DNA of 64,000 bases from NCBI GenBank assembly GCA_051362555.1, contig CM120644.1, positions 19,986,534 through 20,050,533 on the forward strand. Reading direction: 5' to 3'. A program made the position numbers and the translations under genes. Each line of letters starts with the position of its first letter. Position 1 is the stretch's first letter. Positions 49,829 to 62,335 of the stretch are shown here, one piece after another. The notes beneath the pieces are model-generated. The model was given only the letters and a program-made list of their open reading frames with translations. It had not been told where the DNA came from and searched no databases. The stretch is from Lingula anatina. Its lineage: Eukaryota; Animalia; Brachiopoda.

Positions 49829-52800
49829 AATTTTTAGTTTTCCCAAATATATTGTCCTAAAAAAACACTTTTAATTAGTCACAGTCAGCTGATCAGCTTA
49901 TCACAGATTTTAATTGTTATTAAGCATCATTTGTGCAAATTTCAGAAATATTGGAACATTTTTGACAAAGTTATTAGCATTTAACTATTTTAAGTCCTCC
50001 GATTTCTCAGTCTTTTCAATGTAATTTTATAGTTGTCCGAAATATATTGTCCTAAAAAAAACTTTTCCTTAGATACAGTCAACTGATCAGCTTATCACAG
50101 ATTTTTATTGTTGTTAAGCATCATTTGTACAAATTTCAGTAACATTGGACAAGATTTGACAAAATTATTAACATTTAACTATTTTAAGTCCTACGATTTC
50201 CCAGTCTTTTCAATGTAATTTTATAGTTGTCCGAAATATATTGTCCTAAAAAAAACTTTTCCTTAGATACAGTCAATTGATCAGCTTATCACAGATTTTT
50301 ATTGTTGTTAAGCATCTTTTGTACAAATTTCAGAAATATTAGACCAGATTTGACAAAATTATTAACGTTTAACTATTTTAAGTCATTGAATTTGCCAGTC
50401 TTTTCAATGTAATTTTCAGTTCTTTCAGTTATATTGTTCTTTTTCCAGAGTACCCTTACCGTGATAAAACAGGCAGTGAAAGACAAGACCAAGAGCAGCA
50501 CTATATCTCATCTATTTGTACAGTGCACTATATTTGGCAGGATTTAGGACATTGTTAGATATTGTGATAACAACAACCCCTTCCAGAATCCCATTGTAAG
50601 GAGTAATCTGCATCTGGCATTGGTAGTAAGGAGAAGTCATTTATGGGTATATATTGTTCTCCAGATGACAGTTTGGGTAACTTGCAACTTCCTACACAAA
50701 CAACCTCAAATCATCACATTTGCTGTTTTCTTGCAGAGTAAATAATACATTGCAATTTTGAAATATTTGTTTTGGTTACTTCTCACTCTTCTGATGATCA
50801 ATTTTAATGATTAATTTTTTAGTTTATCATCCGAAGACAATACTTTTCATTAGTCACAGTCAACTTATCAGCTTATCACAGATTTTTATTGTTGTTAAGC
50901 ATCATTTGTACAAAATTCAGTAACATTGGACAAGATTTGACAAAATTATTAACATTTAACTATTTTAAGTCCTACGATTTCCCAGTCTTTTCAATGTAAT
51001 TTTATAGTTGTCCGAAATATATTGTCCTAAAAAAAACTTTTCCTTAGATACAGTCAATTGATCAGCTTATCACAGATTTTTATTGTTGTTAAGCATCATT
51101 TGTGCAAATTTCAGAAATATTGGAACATTTTTGACAAAGTTATTAGCATTTAACTATTTTAAGTCCTTCGATTTCCCAGTCTTTATAATGTAATTTTTAG
51201 TTTTTCCCAAATATATTGTCCTAAAAAAACACTTTTAATTAGTCACAGTCAGCTGATCAGCTTATCACAGATTTTAATTGCTATTAAGCATCATTTGTGC
51301 AAATTTCAGAAATATTGGAACATTTTTGACAAAGTTATTAGCATTTAACTATTTTAAGTCCTCCGATTTCTCAGTCTTTTCAATGTAATTTTATAGTTGT
51401 CCGAAATATATTGTCCTAAAAAAAACTTTTCCTTAGATACAGTCAACTGATCAGCTTATCACAGATTGTTATTGTTGTTAAGCATCATTTGTACAAATTT
51501 CAGTAACATTGGACAAGATTTGACAAAATTATTAACATTTAACTATTTTAAGTCCTCCTATTTCCTGGTCTTTTCAATGTAATTTTTAGTTTTCCCAAAT
51601 ATATTGTCCTTAAAACACTTTTCATTAGATACAGTCATTTGATCAGATTATCACAGATTTTTATTGTTGTTAAGCATCTTTTGTACAAATGTCAGAAATA
51701 TTAGACCAGATTTGACAAAATTATTAACGTTTAACTATTTTAAGTCATTGAATTTGCCAGTCTTTTCAATGTAATTTTCAGTTCTTTCAGTTATATTGTT
51801 CTTTTTCCAGAGTACCCTTACCATGATAAAACAGGCAGTGAAAGACAAGACCAAGAGCAGCACTATATCTCATCCATTTGTACAGTGCACTATATTTTGC
51901 AGGATTTAGGACATTGTTAGATATTGTGATAACAACAACCCCTTCCAGAATCCCATTGTAAGGAGTAATCTGCATCTGGCATTGGTAGTAAGGAGAAGTC
52001 ATTTATGGGTATATATTGTTTTCCAGATGACGGTTTAGGTAACTTGCAACTTCCTACACAAACAACCTCAAATCATCACATTTGCTGTTTTCTTGCAGAG
52101 TAAATAATACATTGCAATATTGAAATATTTGTTTCGGTTAATTCTCACTCTTCTGATGATCAATTTTAATGATTAATTTTTTAGTTTATCATGCGAAGAC
52201 AATACTTTTCATTAGTCACAGTCAACTTATCAGCTTATCACAGATTTTTATTGTTGTTAAGCATCATTTGTACAAATTTCAGAAACATTGGACAAGATTT
52301 GGCAAAATTATTAACATTTAACTATTTTAAGTCCTGCGATTTCCTGGTCTTTTCAATGTAATTTTTAGTTTTCCCAAATATATTGTACTTAAAACACTTT
52401 TCATTAGATACAGTCAACTGATCAGATTATCACAGATTTTTATTGTTCTTAATCATCTTTTGTACAAATTTCAGAAATATTAGACCAGATTTGACAAAAT
52501 TATTAACGTTTAACTATTTTAAGTCATTGAATTTGCCAGTCTTTTCAATGTAATTTTCAGTTCTTTCAGTTATATTGTTCTTTTTCCAGAGTACCCTTAC
52601 CATGATAAAACAGGCAGTGAAAGACAAGACCAAGAGCAGCACTATATCTCATCCATGTGTACAGTGCACTATATTTGGCAGGATTTGGGACATTGTCAGA
52701 TATTGTGATAACAACAACCCCTTTCAGAATCCCATTGTAAGGAGTAATCTGCATCTGGCATTGGTAGTAAGGAGAAGTCATTTATGGGTATATATTGTTC

Positions 52801-55800
52801 TCCAGATGACAGTTTGGGTAACTTGCAACTTCCTACACAAACAACCTCAAATCATCACATTTGCTGTTTTCTTTCAGAGTAAATAATACATTGCAATTTT
52901 GAAATATTTGTTTTGGTTACTTCTCACTCTTCTGATGATCAATTTTAATGATTAATTTTTTAGTTTATCATCCGAAGACAATACTTTTCATTAGTCACAG
53001 TCAACTTGTCAGCTTATCACAGATTTTTATTGTTGTTAAGCATCATTTGTGCAAATTTCAGAAATATTGGAACATTTTTGACAAAGTTATTAGCATTTAA
53101 CTATTTTAAGTCCTACGATTTCCCAGTCTTTATAATGTAATTTTTAGTTTTCCCAAATATATTGCCCTAAAAAAACACTTTTAATTAGTCACAGTCAGCT
53201 GATCAGCTTATCACAGATTTTAATTGTTATGAAGCATCATTTGTGCAAATTTCAGAAATATTGGAACATTTTTGACAAAGTTATTAGCATTTAACTATTT
53301 TAAGTCCTCTGATTTCTCAGTCTTTTCAATGTAATTTTATAGTTGTCTGAAATATATTGTCCTAAAAAAAACTTTTCCTTAGATACAGTCAACTGATCAG
53401 CTTATCACAGATTTTTATTGTTGTTAAGCATCATTTGTACAAATTTCAGAAACATTGGACAAGATTTGACAAAATTATTAACATTTAACTATTTTAAGTC
53501 CTGCGATTTCCTGGTCTTTTCAATGTAATTTTTAGTGTTCCCAAATATATTGTCCTTAAAACACTTTTCATTAGATACAGTCATTTGATCAGATTATCAC
53601 AGATTTTTATTGTTGTTAATCATCTTTTGTACAAATTTCAGAAATATTAGACCAGATTTGACAAAATTATTAACGTTTAACTATTTTAAGTCATTGAATT
53701 TGCCAGTCTTTTCAATGTAATTTTCAGTTCTTTCAGTTATATTGTTCTTTTTCCAGAGTACCTTTACCGTGATAAAACAGGCAGTGAAAGACAAGACCAA
53801 GAGCAGCACTATATCTCATCCATTTGTACAGTGCACTATATTTTGCAGGATTTAGGACATTGTTAGATATTGTGATAACAACAACCCCTTCCAGAATCCC
53901 ATTGTAAGGAGTAATCTGCATCTGGCATTGGTAGTAAGGAGAAGTCATTTATGGGTATATATTGTTTTCCAGATGACGGTTTAGGTAACTTGCAACTTCC
54001 TACACAAACAACCTCAAATCATCACATTTGCTGTTTTCTTGCAGAGTAAATAATACATTGCAATATTGAAATATTTGTTTCGGTTAATTCTCACTCTTCT
54101 GATGATCAATTTTCATGATTAATTTTTTAGTTTATCATCCGAAGACAATACTTTTCATTAGTCACAGTCAACTTATCAGCTTATCACAGATTTTTATTGT
54201 TGTTAAGCATCATTTGTGCAAATTTCAGAAATATTGGAACATTTTTGACAAAGTTATTAGCATTTAACTATTTTAAGTCCTCCGATTTCTCAGTCTTTTC
54301 AATGTAATTTTATAGTTGTCCGAAATATATTGTCCTAAAAAAAACTTTTCCTTAGATACAGTCAACTGATCAGCTTATCACAGATTTTTATTGTTGTTAA
54401 GCATCATTTGTACAAATTTCAGTAACATTGGACAAGATTTGACAAAATTATTAACATTTAACTATTTTAAGTCCTACGATTTCCCAGTCTTTTCAATGTA
54501 ATTTTATAGTTGTCCGAAATATATTGTCCTAAAAAAAACTTTTCCTTAGATACAGTCAATTGATCAGCTTATCACAGATTTTTATTGTTGTTAAGCATCT
54601 TTTGTACAAATTTCAGAAATATTAGACCAGATTTGACAAAATTATTAACGTTTAACTATTTTAAGTCATTGAATTTGCCAGTCTTTTCAATGTAATTTTC
54701 AGTTTTTTCAGTTATATTGTTCTTTTTCCAGAGTACCCTTACCGTGATAAAACAGGCAGTGAAAGACAAGACCAAGAGCAGCACTATATCTCATCTATTT
54801 GTACAGTGCACTATATTTGGCAGGATTTAGGACATTGTTAGATATTGTGATAACAACAACCCCTTCCAGAATCCCATTGTAAGGAGTAATCTGCATCTGG
54901 CATTGGTAGTAAGGAGAAGTCATTTATGGGTATATATTGTTCTCCAGATGACAGTTTGGGTAACTTGCAACTTCCTACACAAACAACCTCAAATCATCAC
55001 ATTTGCTGTTTTCTTTCAGAGTAAATAATACATTGCAATTTTGAAATATTTGTTTTGGTTACTTCTCACTCTTCTGATGATCAATTTTAATGATTAATTT
55101 TTTAGTTTATCATCCGAAGACAAAACTTTTCATTAGTCACAGTCAACTTATCAGCTTATCACAGATTTTTATTGTTGTTAAGCATCATTTGTGCAAATTT
55201 CAGAAATATTGGAACATTTTTGACAAAGTTATTAGCATTTAACTATTTTAAGTCCTTCGATTTCCCAGTCTTTATAATGTAATTTTTAGTTTTTCCCAAA
55301 TATATTGTCCTAAAAAAACACTTTTAATTAGTCACAGTCAGCTGATCAGCTTATCACAGATTTTAATTGTTATTAAGCATCATTTGTGCAAATTTCAGAA
55401 ATATTGGAACATTTTTGACAAAGTTATTAGCATTTAACTATTTTAAGTCCTCCGATTTCTCAGTCTTTTCAATGTAATTTTATAGTTGTCCGAAATATAT
55501 TGTCCTAAAAAAAACTTTTCCTTAGATACAGTCAACTGATCAGCTTTTCACAGATTTTAATTGTTATTAAGCATCATTTGTGCAAATTTCAGAAATATTG
55601 GAACATTTTTGACAAAGTTATTAGCATTTAACTATTTTAAGTCCTCCGATTTCTCAGTCTTTTCAATGTAATTTTATAGTTGTCCGAAATATATTGTCCT
55701 AAAAAAAACTTTTCCTTAGATACAGTCAACTGATCAGCTTATCACAGATTTTTATTGTTGTTAAGCATCATTTGTACAAATTTCAGTAACATTGGACAAG

Positions 55801-58800
55801 ATTTGACAAAATTATTAACATTTAACTATTTTAAGTCCTCCTATTTCCTGGTCTTTTCAATGTAATTTTTAGTTTTCCCAAATATATTGTCCTTAAAACA
55901 CTTTTTATTAGATACAGTCATTTGATCAGATTATCACAGATTTTTATTGTTGTTAAGCATCTTTTGTACAAATGTCAGAAATATTAGACCAGATTTGACA
56001 AAATTATTAACGTTTAACTATTTTAAGTCATTGAATTTGCCAGTCTTTTCAATGTAATTTTCAGTTCTTTCAGTTATATTGTTCTTTTTCCAGAGTACCC
56101 TTACCATGATAAAACAGGCAGTGAAAGACAAGACCAAGAGCAGCACTATATCTCATCCATGTGTACAGTGCACTATATTTGGCAGGATTTGGGACATTGT
56201 CAGATATTGTGATAACAACAACCCCTTTCAGAATCCCATTGTAAGGAGTAATCTGCATCTGGCATTGGTAGTAAGGAGAAGTCATTTATGGGTATATATT
56301 GTTCTCCAGATGACAGTTTGGGTAACTTGCAACTTCCTACACAAACAACCTCAAATCATCACATTTGCTGTTTTCTTTCAGAGTAAATAATACATTGCAA
56401 TTTTGAAATATTTGTTTTGGTTACTTCTCACTCTTCTGATGATCAATTTTAATGATTAATTTTTTAGTTTATCATCCGAAGACAATACTTTTCATTAGTC
56501 ACAGTCAACTTGTCAGCTTATCACAGATTTTTATTGTTGTTAAGCATCATTTGTGCAAATTTCAGAAATATTGGAACATTTTTGACAAAGTTATTAGCAT
56601 TTAACTATTTTAAATCCTACGATTTCCCAGTCTTTATAATGTAATTTTTAGTTTTCCCAAATATATTGTCCTAAAAAAACACTTTTAATTAGTCACAGTC
56701 AGCTGATCAGCTTATCACAGATTTTAATTGTTATTAAGCATCATTTGTGCAAATTTCAGAAATATTGGAACATTTTTGACAAAGTTATTAGCATTTAACT
56801 ATTTTAAGTCCTCTGATTTCTCAGTCTTTTCAATGTAATTTTATAGTTGTCTGAAATATATTGTCCTAAAAAAAACTTTTCCTTAGATACAGTCAACTGA
56901 TCAGCTTATCACAGATTTTTATTGTTGTTAAGCATCATTTGTACAAATTTCAGAAACATTGGACAAGATTTGACAAAATTATTAACATTTAACTATTTTA
57001 AGTCCTGCGATTTCCTGGTCTTTTCAATGTAATTTTTAGTGTTCCCAAATATATTGTCCTTAAAACACTTTTCATTAGATACAGTCATTTGATCAGATTA
57101 TCACAGATTTTTATTGTTGTTAATCATCTTTTGTACAAATTTCAGAAATATTAGACCAGATTTGACAAAATTATTAACGTTTAACTATTTTAAGTCATTG
57201 AATTTGCCAGTCTTTTCAATGTAATTTTCAGTTCTTTCAGTTATATTGTTCTTTTTCCAGAGTACCCTTACCGTGATAAAACAGGCAGTGAAAGACAAGA
57301 CCAAGAGCAGCACTATATCTCATCCATTTGTACAGTGCACTATATTTGGCAGGATTTAGGACATTGTTAGATATTGTGATAACAACAACCCCTTCCAGAA
57401 TCCCATTGTAAGGAGTAATCTGCATCTGGCATTGGTAGTAAGGAGAAGTCATTTATGGGTATATATTGTTTTCCAGATGACGGTTTAGGTAACTTGCAAC
57501 TTCCTACACAAACAACCTCAAATCATCACATTTGCTGTTTTCTTGCAGAGTAAATAATACATTGCAATATTGAAATATTTGTTTCCGTTAATTCTCACTC
57601 TTCTGATGATCAATTTTCATGATTAATTTTTTAGTTTATCATCCGAAGACAATTTTTCATTAGTCACAGTCAACTTATCAGCTTATCACAGATTTTTATT
57701 GTTGTTAAGCATCATTTGTGCAAATTTCAGAAATATTGGAACATTTTTGACAAAGTTATTAGCATTTAACTATTTTAAGTCCTACGATTTCCCAGTTTTT
57801 TCAATGTAATTTTTAGTTTTCCCAAATATATTGTCCTAAAAAAACACTTTTAGTTAGTCACAGTCAGCTGATCAGCTTTTCACAGATTTTAATTGTTATT
57901 AAGCATCATTTGTGCAAATTTCAGAAATATTGGAACATTTTTGACAAAGTTATTAGCATTTAACTATTTTAAGTCCTCCGATTTCTCAGTCTTTTCAATG
58001 TAATTTTATAGTTGTCCGAAATATATTGTCCTAAAAAAAACTTTTCCTTAGATACAGTCAACTGATCAGCTTATCACAGATTTTTATTGTTGTTAAGCAT
58101 CATTTGTACAAATTTCAGTAACATTGGACAAGATTTGACAAAATTATTAACATTTAACTATTTTAAGTCCTACGATTTCCCAGTCTTTTCAATGTAATTT
58201 TATAGTTGTCCGAAATATATTGTCCTAAAAAAAACTTTTCCTTAGATACAGTCAATTGATCAGCTTATCACAGATTTTTATTGTTGTTAAGCATCTTTTG
58301 TACAAATTTCAGAAATATTAGACCAGATTTGACAAAATTATTAACGTTTAACTATTTTAAGTCATTGAATTTGCCAGTCTTTTCAATGTAATTTTCAGTT
58401 TTTTCAGTTATATTGTTCTTTTTCCAGAGTACCCTTACCGTGATAAAACAGGCAGTGAAAGACAAGACCAAGAGCAGCACTATATCTCATCTATTTGTAC
58501 AGTGCACTATATTTGGCAGGATTTAGGACATTGTTAGATATTGTGATAACAACAACCCCTTCCAGAATCCCATTGTAAGGAGTAATCTGCATCTGGCATT
58601 GGTAGTAAGGAGAAGTCATTTATGGGTATATATTGTTCTCCAGATGACAGTTTGGGTAACTTGCAACTTCCTACACAAACAACCTCAAATCATCACATTT
58701 GCTGTTTTCTTTCAGAGTAAATAATACATTGCAATTTTGAAATATTTGTTTTGGTTACTTCTCACTCTTCTGATGATCAATTTTAATGATTAATTTTTTA

Positions 58801-60530
58801 GTTTATCATCCGAAGACAAAACTTTTCATTAGTCACAGTCAACTTATCAGCTTATCACAGATTTTTATTGTTGTTAAGCATCATTTGTGCAAATTTCAGA
58901 AATATTGGAACATTTTTGACAAAGTTATTAGCATTTAACTATTTTAAGTCCTTCGATTTCCCAGTCTTTATAATGTAATTTTTAGTTTTTCCCAAATATA
59001 TTGTCCTAAAAAAAACACTTTTAATTAGTCACAGTCAGCTGATCAGCTTATCACAGATTTTAATTGTTATTAAGCATCATTTGTGCAAATTTCAGAAATA
59101 TTGGAACATTTTTGACAAAGTTATTAGCATTTAACTATTTTAAGTCCTCCGATTTCTCAGTCTTTTCAATGTAATTTTATAGTTGTCCGAAATATATTGT
59201 CCTAAAAAAAACTTTTCCTTAGATACAGTCAACTGATCAGCTTTTCACAGGTTTTAATTGTTATTAAGCATCATTTGTGCAAATTTCAGAAATATTGGAA
59301 CATTTTTGACAAAGTTATTAGCATTTAACTATTTTAAGTCCTCCGATTTCTCAGTCTTTTCAATGTAATTTTATAGTTGTCCGAAATATATTGTCCTAAA
59401 AAAAACTTTTCCTTAGATACAGTCAACTGATCAGCTTATCACAGATTTTTATTGTTGTTAAGCATCATTTGTACAAATTTCAGTAACATTGGACAAGATT
59501 TGACAAAATTATTAACATTTAACTATTTTAAGTCCTCCTATTTCCTGGTCTTTTCAATGTAATTTTTAGTTTTCCCAAATATATTGTCCTTAAAACACTT
59601 TTTATTAGATACAGTCATTTGATCAGATTATCACAGATTTTTATTGTTGTTAAGCATCTTTTGTACAAATGTCAGAAATATTAGACCAGATTTGACAAAA
59701 TTATTAACGTTTAACTATTTTAAGTCATTGAATTTGCCAGTCTTTTCAATGTAATTTTCAGTTCTTTCAGTTATATTGTTCTTTTTCCAGAGTACCCTTA
59801 CCATGATAAAACAGGCAGTGAAAGACAAGACCAAGAGCAGCACTATATCTCATCCATTTGTACAGTGCACTATATTTTGCAGGATTTAGGACATTGTTAG
59901 ATATTGTGATAACAACAACCCCTTCCAGAATCCCATTGTAAGGAGTAATCTGCATCTGGCATTGGTAGTAAGGAGAAGTCATTTATGGGTATATATTGTT
60001 TTCCAGATGACGGTTTAGGTAACTTGCAACTTCCTACACAAACAACCTCAAATCATCACATTTGCTGTTTTCTTGCAGAGTAAATAATACATTGCAATAT
60101 TGAAATATTTGTTTCGGTTAATTCTCACTCTTCTGATGATCAATTTTAATGATTAATTTTTTAGTTTATCATCCGAAGACAATACTTTTCATTAGTCACA
60201 GTCAACTTATCAGCTTATCACAGATTCTTATTGTTGTTAAGCATCATTTGTACAAATTTCAGAAACATTGGACAAGATTTGGCAAAATTATTAACATTTA
60301 ACTATTTTAAGTCCTGCGATTTCCTGGTCTTTTCAATGTAATTTTTAGTTTTCCCAAATATATTGTACTTAAAACACTTTTCATTAGATACAGTCAACTG
60401 ATCAGATTATCACAGATTTTTATTGTTCTTAATCATCTTTTGTACAAATTTCAGAAATATTAGACCAGATTTGACAAAATTATTAACGTTTAACTATTTT
60501 AAGTCGTTGAATTTGCCAGTCTTTTCAATG
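49829..60530. repeat. Composite satellite, right block
   Basis: Same units as the left block; cassette at 50425, 51787, 52566, 53733, 54708, 56070, 57237, 58404 and 59767; ends at the Ngaro-type insertion. Confidence 0.95.
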
Positions 60531-61270
60531 TTAAAACAACGCACGGATGGTCTTAAAAGCTTTATTGCTTTCTCTAAAAACTACAATAAATACAACTAAT
60601 CTAAAAATAATAAAAGTAAAAAAGCCACTTAAGCTGACGGAATCATAGCACTGAAGCATTTAAAGCATGTAAATTAAAGAATTGAAAACACAATCCAATT
60701 GAAAGCACCACACCATCCCAATACGTTCATTGGCAATTACTGTATTACAATAAGCAGTCACTGAAATAAGGTGTGGGTGGGTGGGAAAATCAAAGTATGC
60801 CGCTGCGAAGCTGACGCAAGCGTGCGTCTTGTTCAGTAACAAACTAGCGACTGCAGATTTCAAATTACCGCACGTTGAGCATCGGCCAATGAGAAACGAT
60901 GTCCGTTAAGCAGGCTGGTCCTATCAGGGGAGAGAGAACGATGTCTGTTGTAATCTCTGCCAATAGAAGATCGTTTACATAAAGTCCGTTAAGCGGGCTA
61001 ACCAACCAGCGGTCGGGAGAAAGGTAACAGGCACGCTGCGTGAGCGTGATAAGCGTACCATCTGTGCGTCATTTTAAATCCGACTTATAAATAAGTCTTA
61101 ACTTAAAACAACGCACGGATGGTCTTAAAAGCTTTATTGCTTTCTCTAAAAACTACAATAAATACAACTAATCTAAAAATAATAAAAGTAAAAAATGCCA
61201 CTTAAGCTGACGGAATCATAGCACTGAAGCATTTAAAGCATGTAAATTAAAGAATTGAAAACACAATCCA
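60531..61270 (-). repeat. Split direct repeats B1-A2-B2
   Basis: 60531-60697 and 61103-61270 (ttaaaacaacgcacgg..acacaatcca) differ by a single 1-nt indel. Confidence 0.9.
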
Positions 61271-61375
61271 CCCATAGTATGTAGGGAAATATATATATAT
61301 ATACGTATCCAAAAACAGTTTTTAGATTGAGTTGAATCTAATGTCCGTTCTTAGATATTAGCCAGAGTCAATCGG

Positions 61376-62335
61376 TTATGAAAAGGCTTTTACTATGAGA
61401 TCTGCAGTTGTGGAAGTGTCTGGAGCAACGTAAGCGAACACGGCGTCGCTCTTCCAGTCCCCTAGAGCTTTTACGACGGGGAGAGGGACGCCTGCGGTGA
61501 TCAGCCAGGTAGCTCCTCCCCGCCGTAGGCTGTGCGCATTATATACATCGCTTGTCAATCCTATAGCGCGGACGGCATGTTTGAGTCGTGCTCTAAATAC
61601 CTCTTGGGTGAGGTGGAGAAGGCTATCGGATTCGCAGATGCTGAAGAGGGGCGCGTCGCTCGGTAGTGTGCCGCTTAGTCCAACGAATCGCGTTATAGCC
61701 GCCACTGGGCAGAGAGGAGAGCGCAATGTTGGTAGAACGACGGTATGGGTGCGGTCACGAAATTGAATAGTCTTTGAAGCGTTGATCTTCACGATAATCC
61801 CTTTCCTGTGGAATGTCGTATCCTTGCGACGGATTGATTTATTCTCTGCTGGGTGTCGGCTTGGGACAGTAAAGTTACTAACGCGCAAAAGTCCAAAGAA
61901 TCCCGTCAATATCGCGGCCCAGAACTGGCAGTCTCCTATCAAGTTAAGGTCCAAGGAATCCCTTATGGCGCTGAGGTGCTCCAGTTGGAAAGGCGCTTTG
62001 TGATTTGTACCTCCTCTATGGCGTTTGATCCCTCTAAGAAGTGATTTGATTGTCCAATTACTGGTCAGAGGGTTGGGGAGATCGTGCTCTCTATGCAGTA
62101 GCTGGATTATATTAACATATTGCTGAATCGTCGAGAAGGATTTTGACCTAGCAAGGAAAGCTATATATCTGGCTATGGTACAAGTGTCTGCTGGCACTGG
62201 CGGTTTCCTAACGAGTTTACAAAAGTCCCGATAACTCTTTTCCTGTGTGGCATACGCGCGTCGAGTGGTGGGTGCCCAACATTGACCGCGCCAAGTGGCT
62301 ATCTCCCCGTCCAGATCCTCGAGCAGCTTATCCAA
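61376..62335 (-). CDS. Tyrosine recombinase
   Basis: 319 aa open; catalytic motifs FFGLLRVSN, SKTIQ, HSLRRGGA and GDWKSDAVFAY. Confidence 0.93.
   Translation of the reverse strand: MDKLLEDLDGEIATWRGQCWAPTTRRAYATQEKSYRDFCKLVRKPPVPADTCTIARYIAFLARSKSFSTIQQYVNIIQLLHREHDLPNPLTSNWTIKSLLRGIKRHRGGTNHKAPFQLEHLSAIRDSLDLNLIGDCQFWAAILTGFFGLLRVSNFTVPSRHPAENKSIRRKDTTFHRKGIIVKINASKTIQFRDRTHTVVLPTLRSPLCPVAAITRFVGLSGTLPSDAPLFSICESDSLLHLTQEVFRARLKHAVRAIGLTSDVYNAHSLRRGGATWLITAGVPLPVVKALGDWKSDAVFAYVAPDTSTTADLIVKAFS

Noticed and set aside
26393-59982. Recurrent 71-aa minus-strand ORF (MTSPYYQCQMQ...) as a multicopy gene
   Set aside because: Its recurrence follows from satellite homogenisation; the copies at ~36.3, 50.4, 54.7 and 58.4 kb are broken; there is no recognisable domain.
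60698-61102. Host gene promoter (several CCAAT boxes)
   Set aside because: It lies between the two B repeats and is explained as the A2 repeat of the Ngaro-type element.
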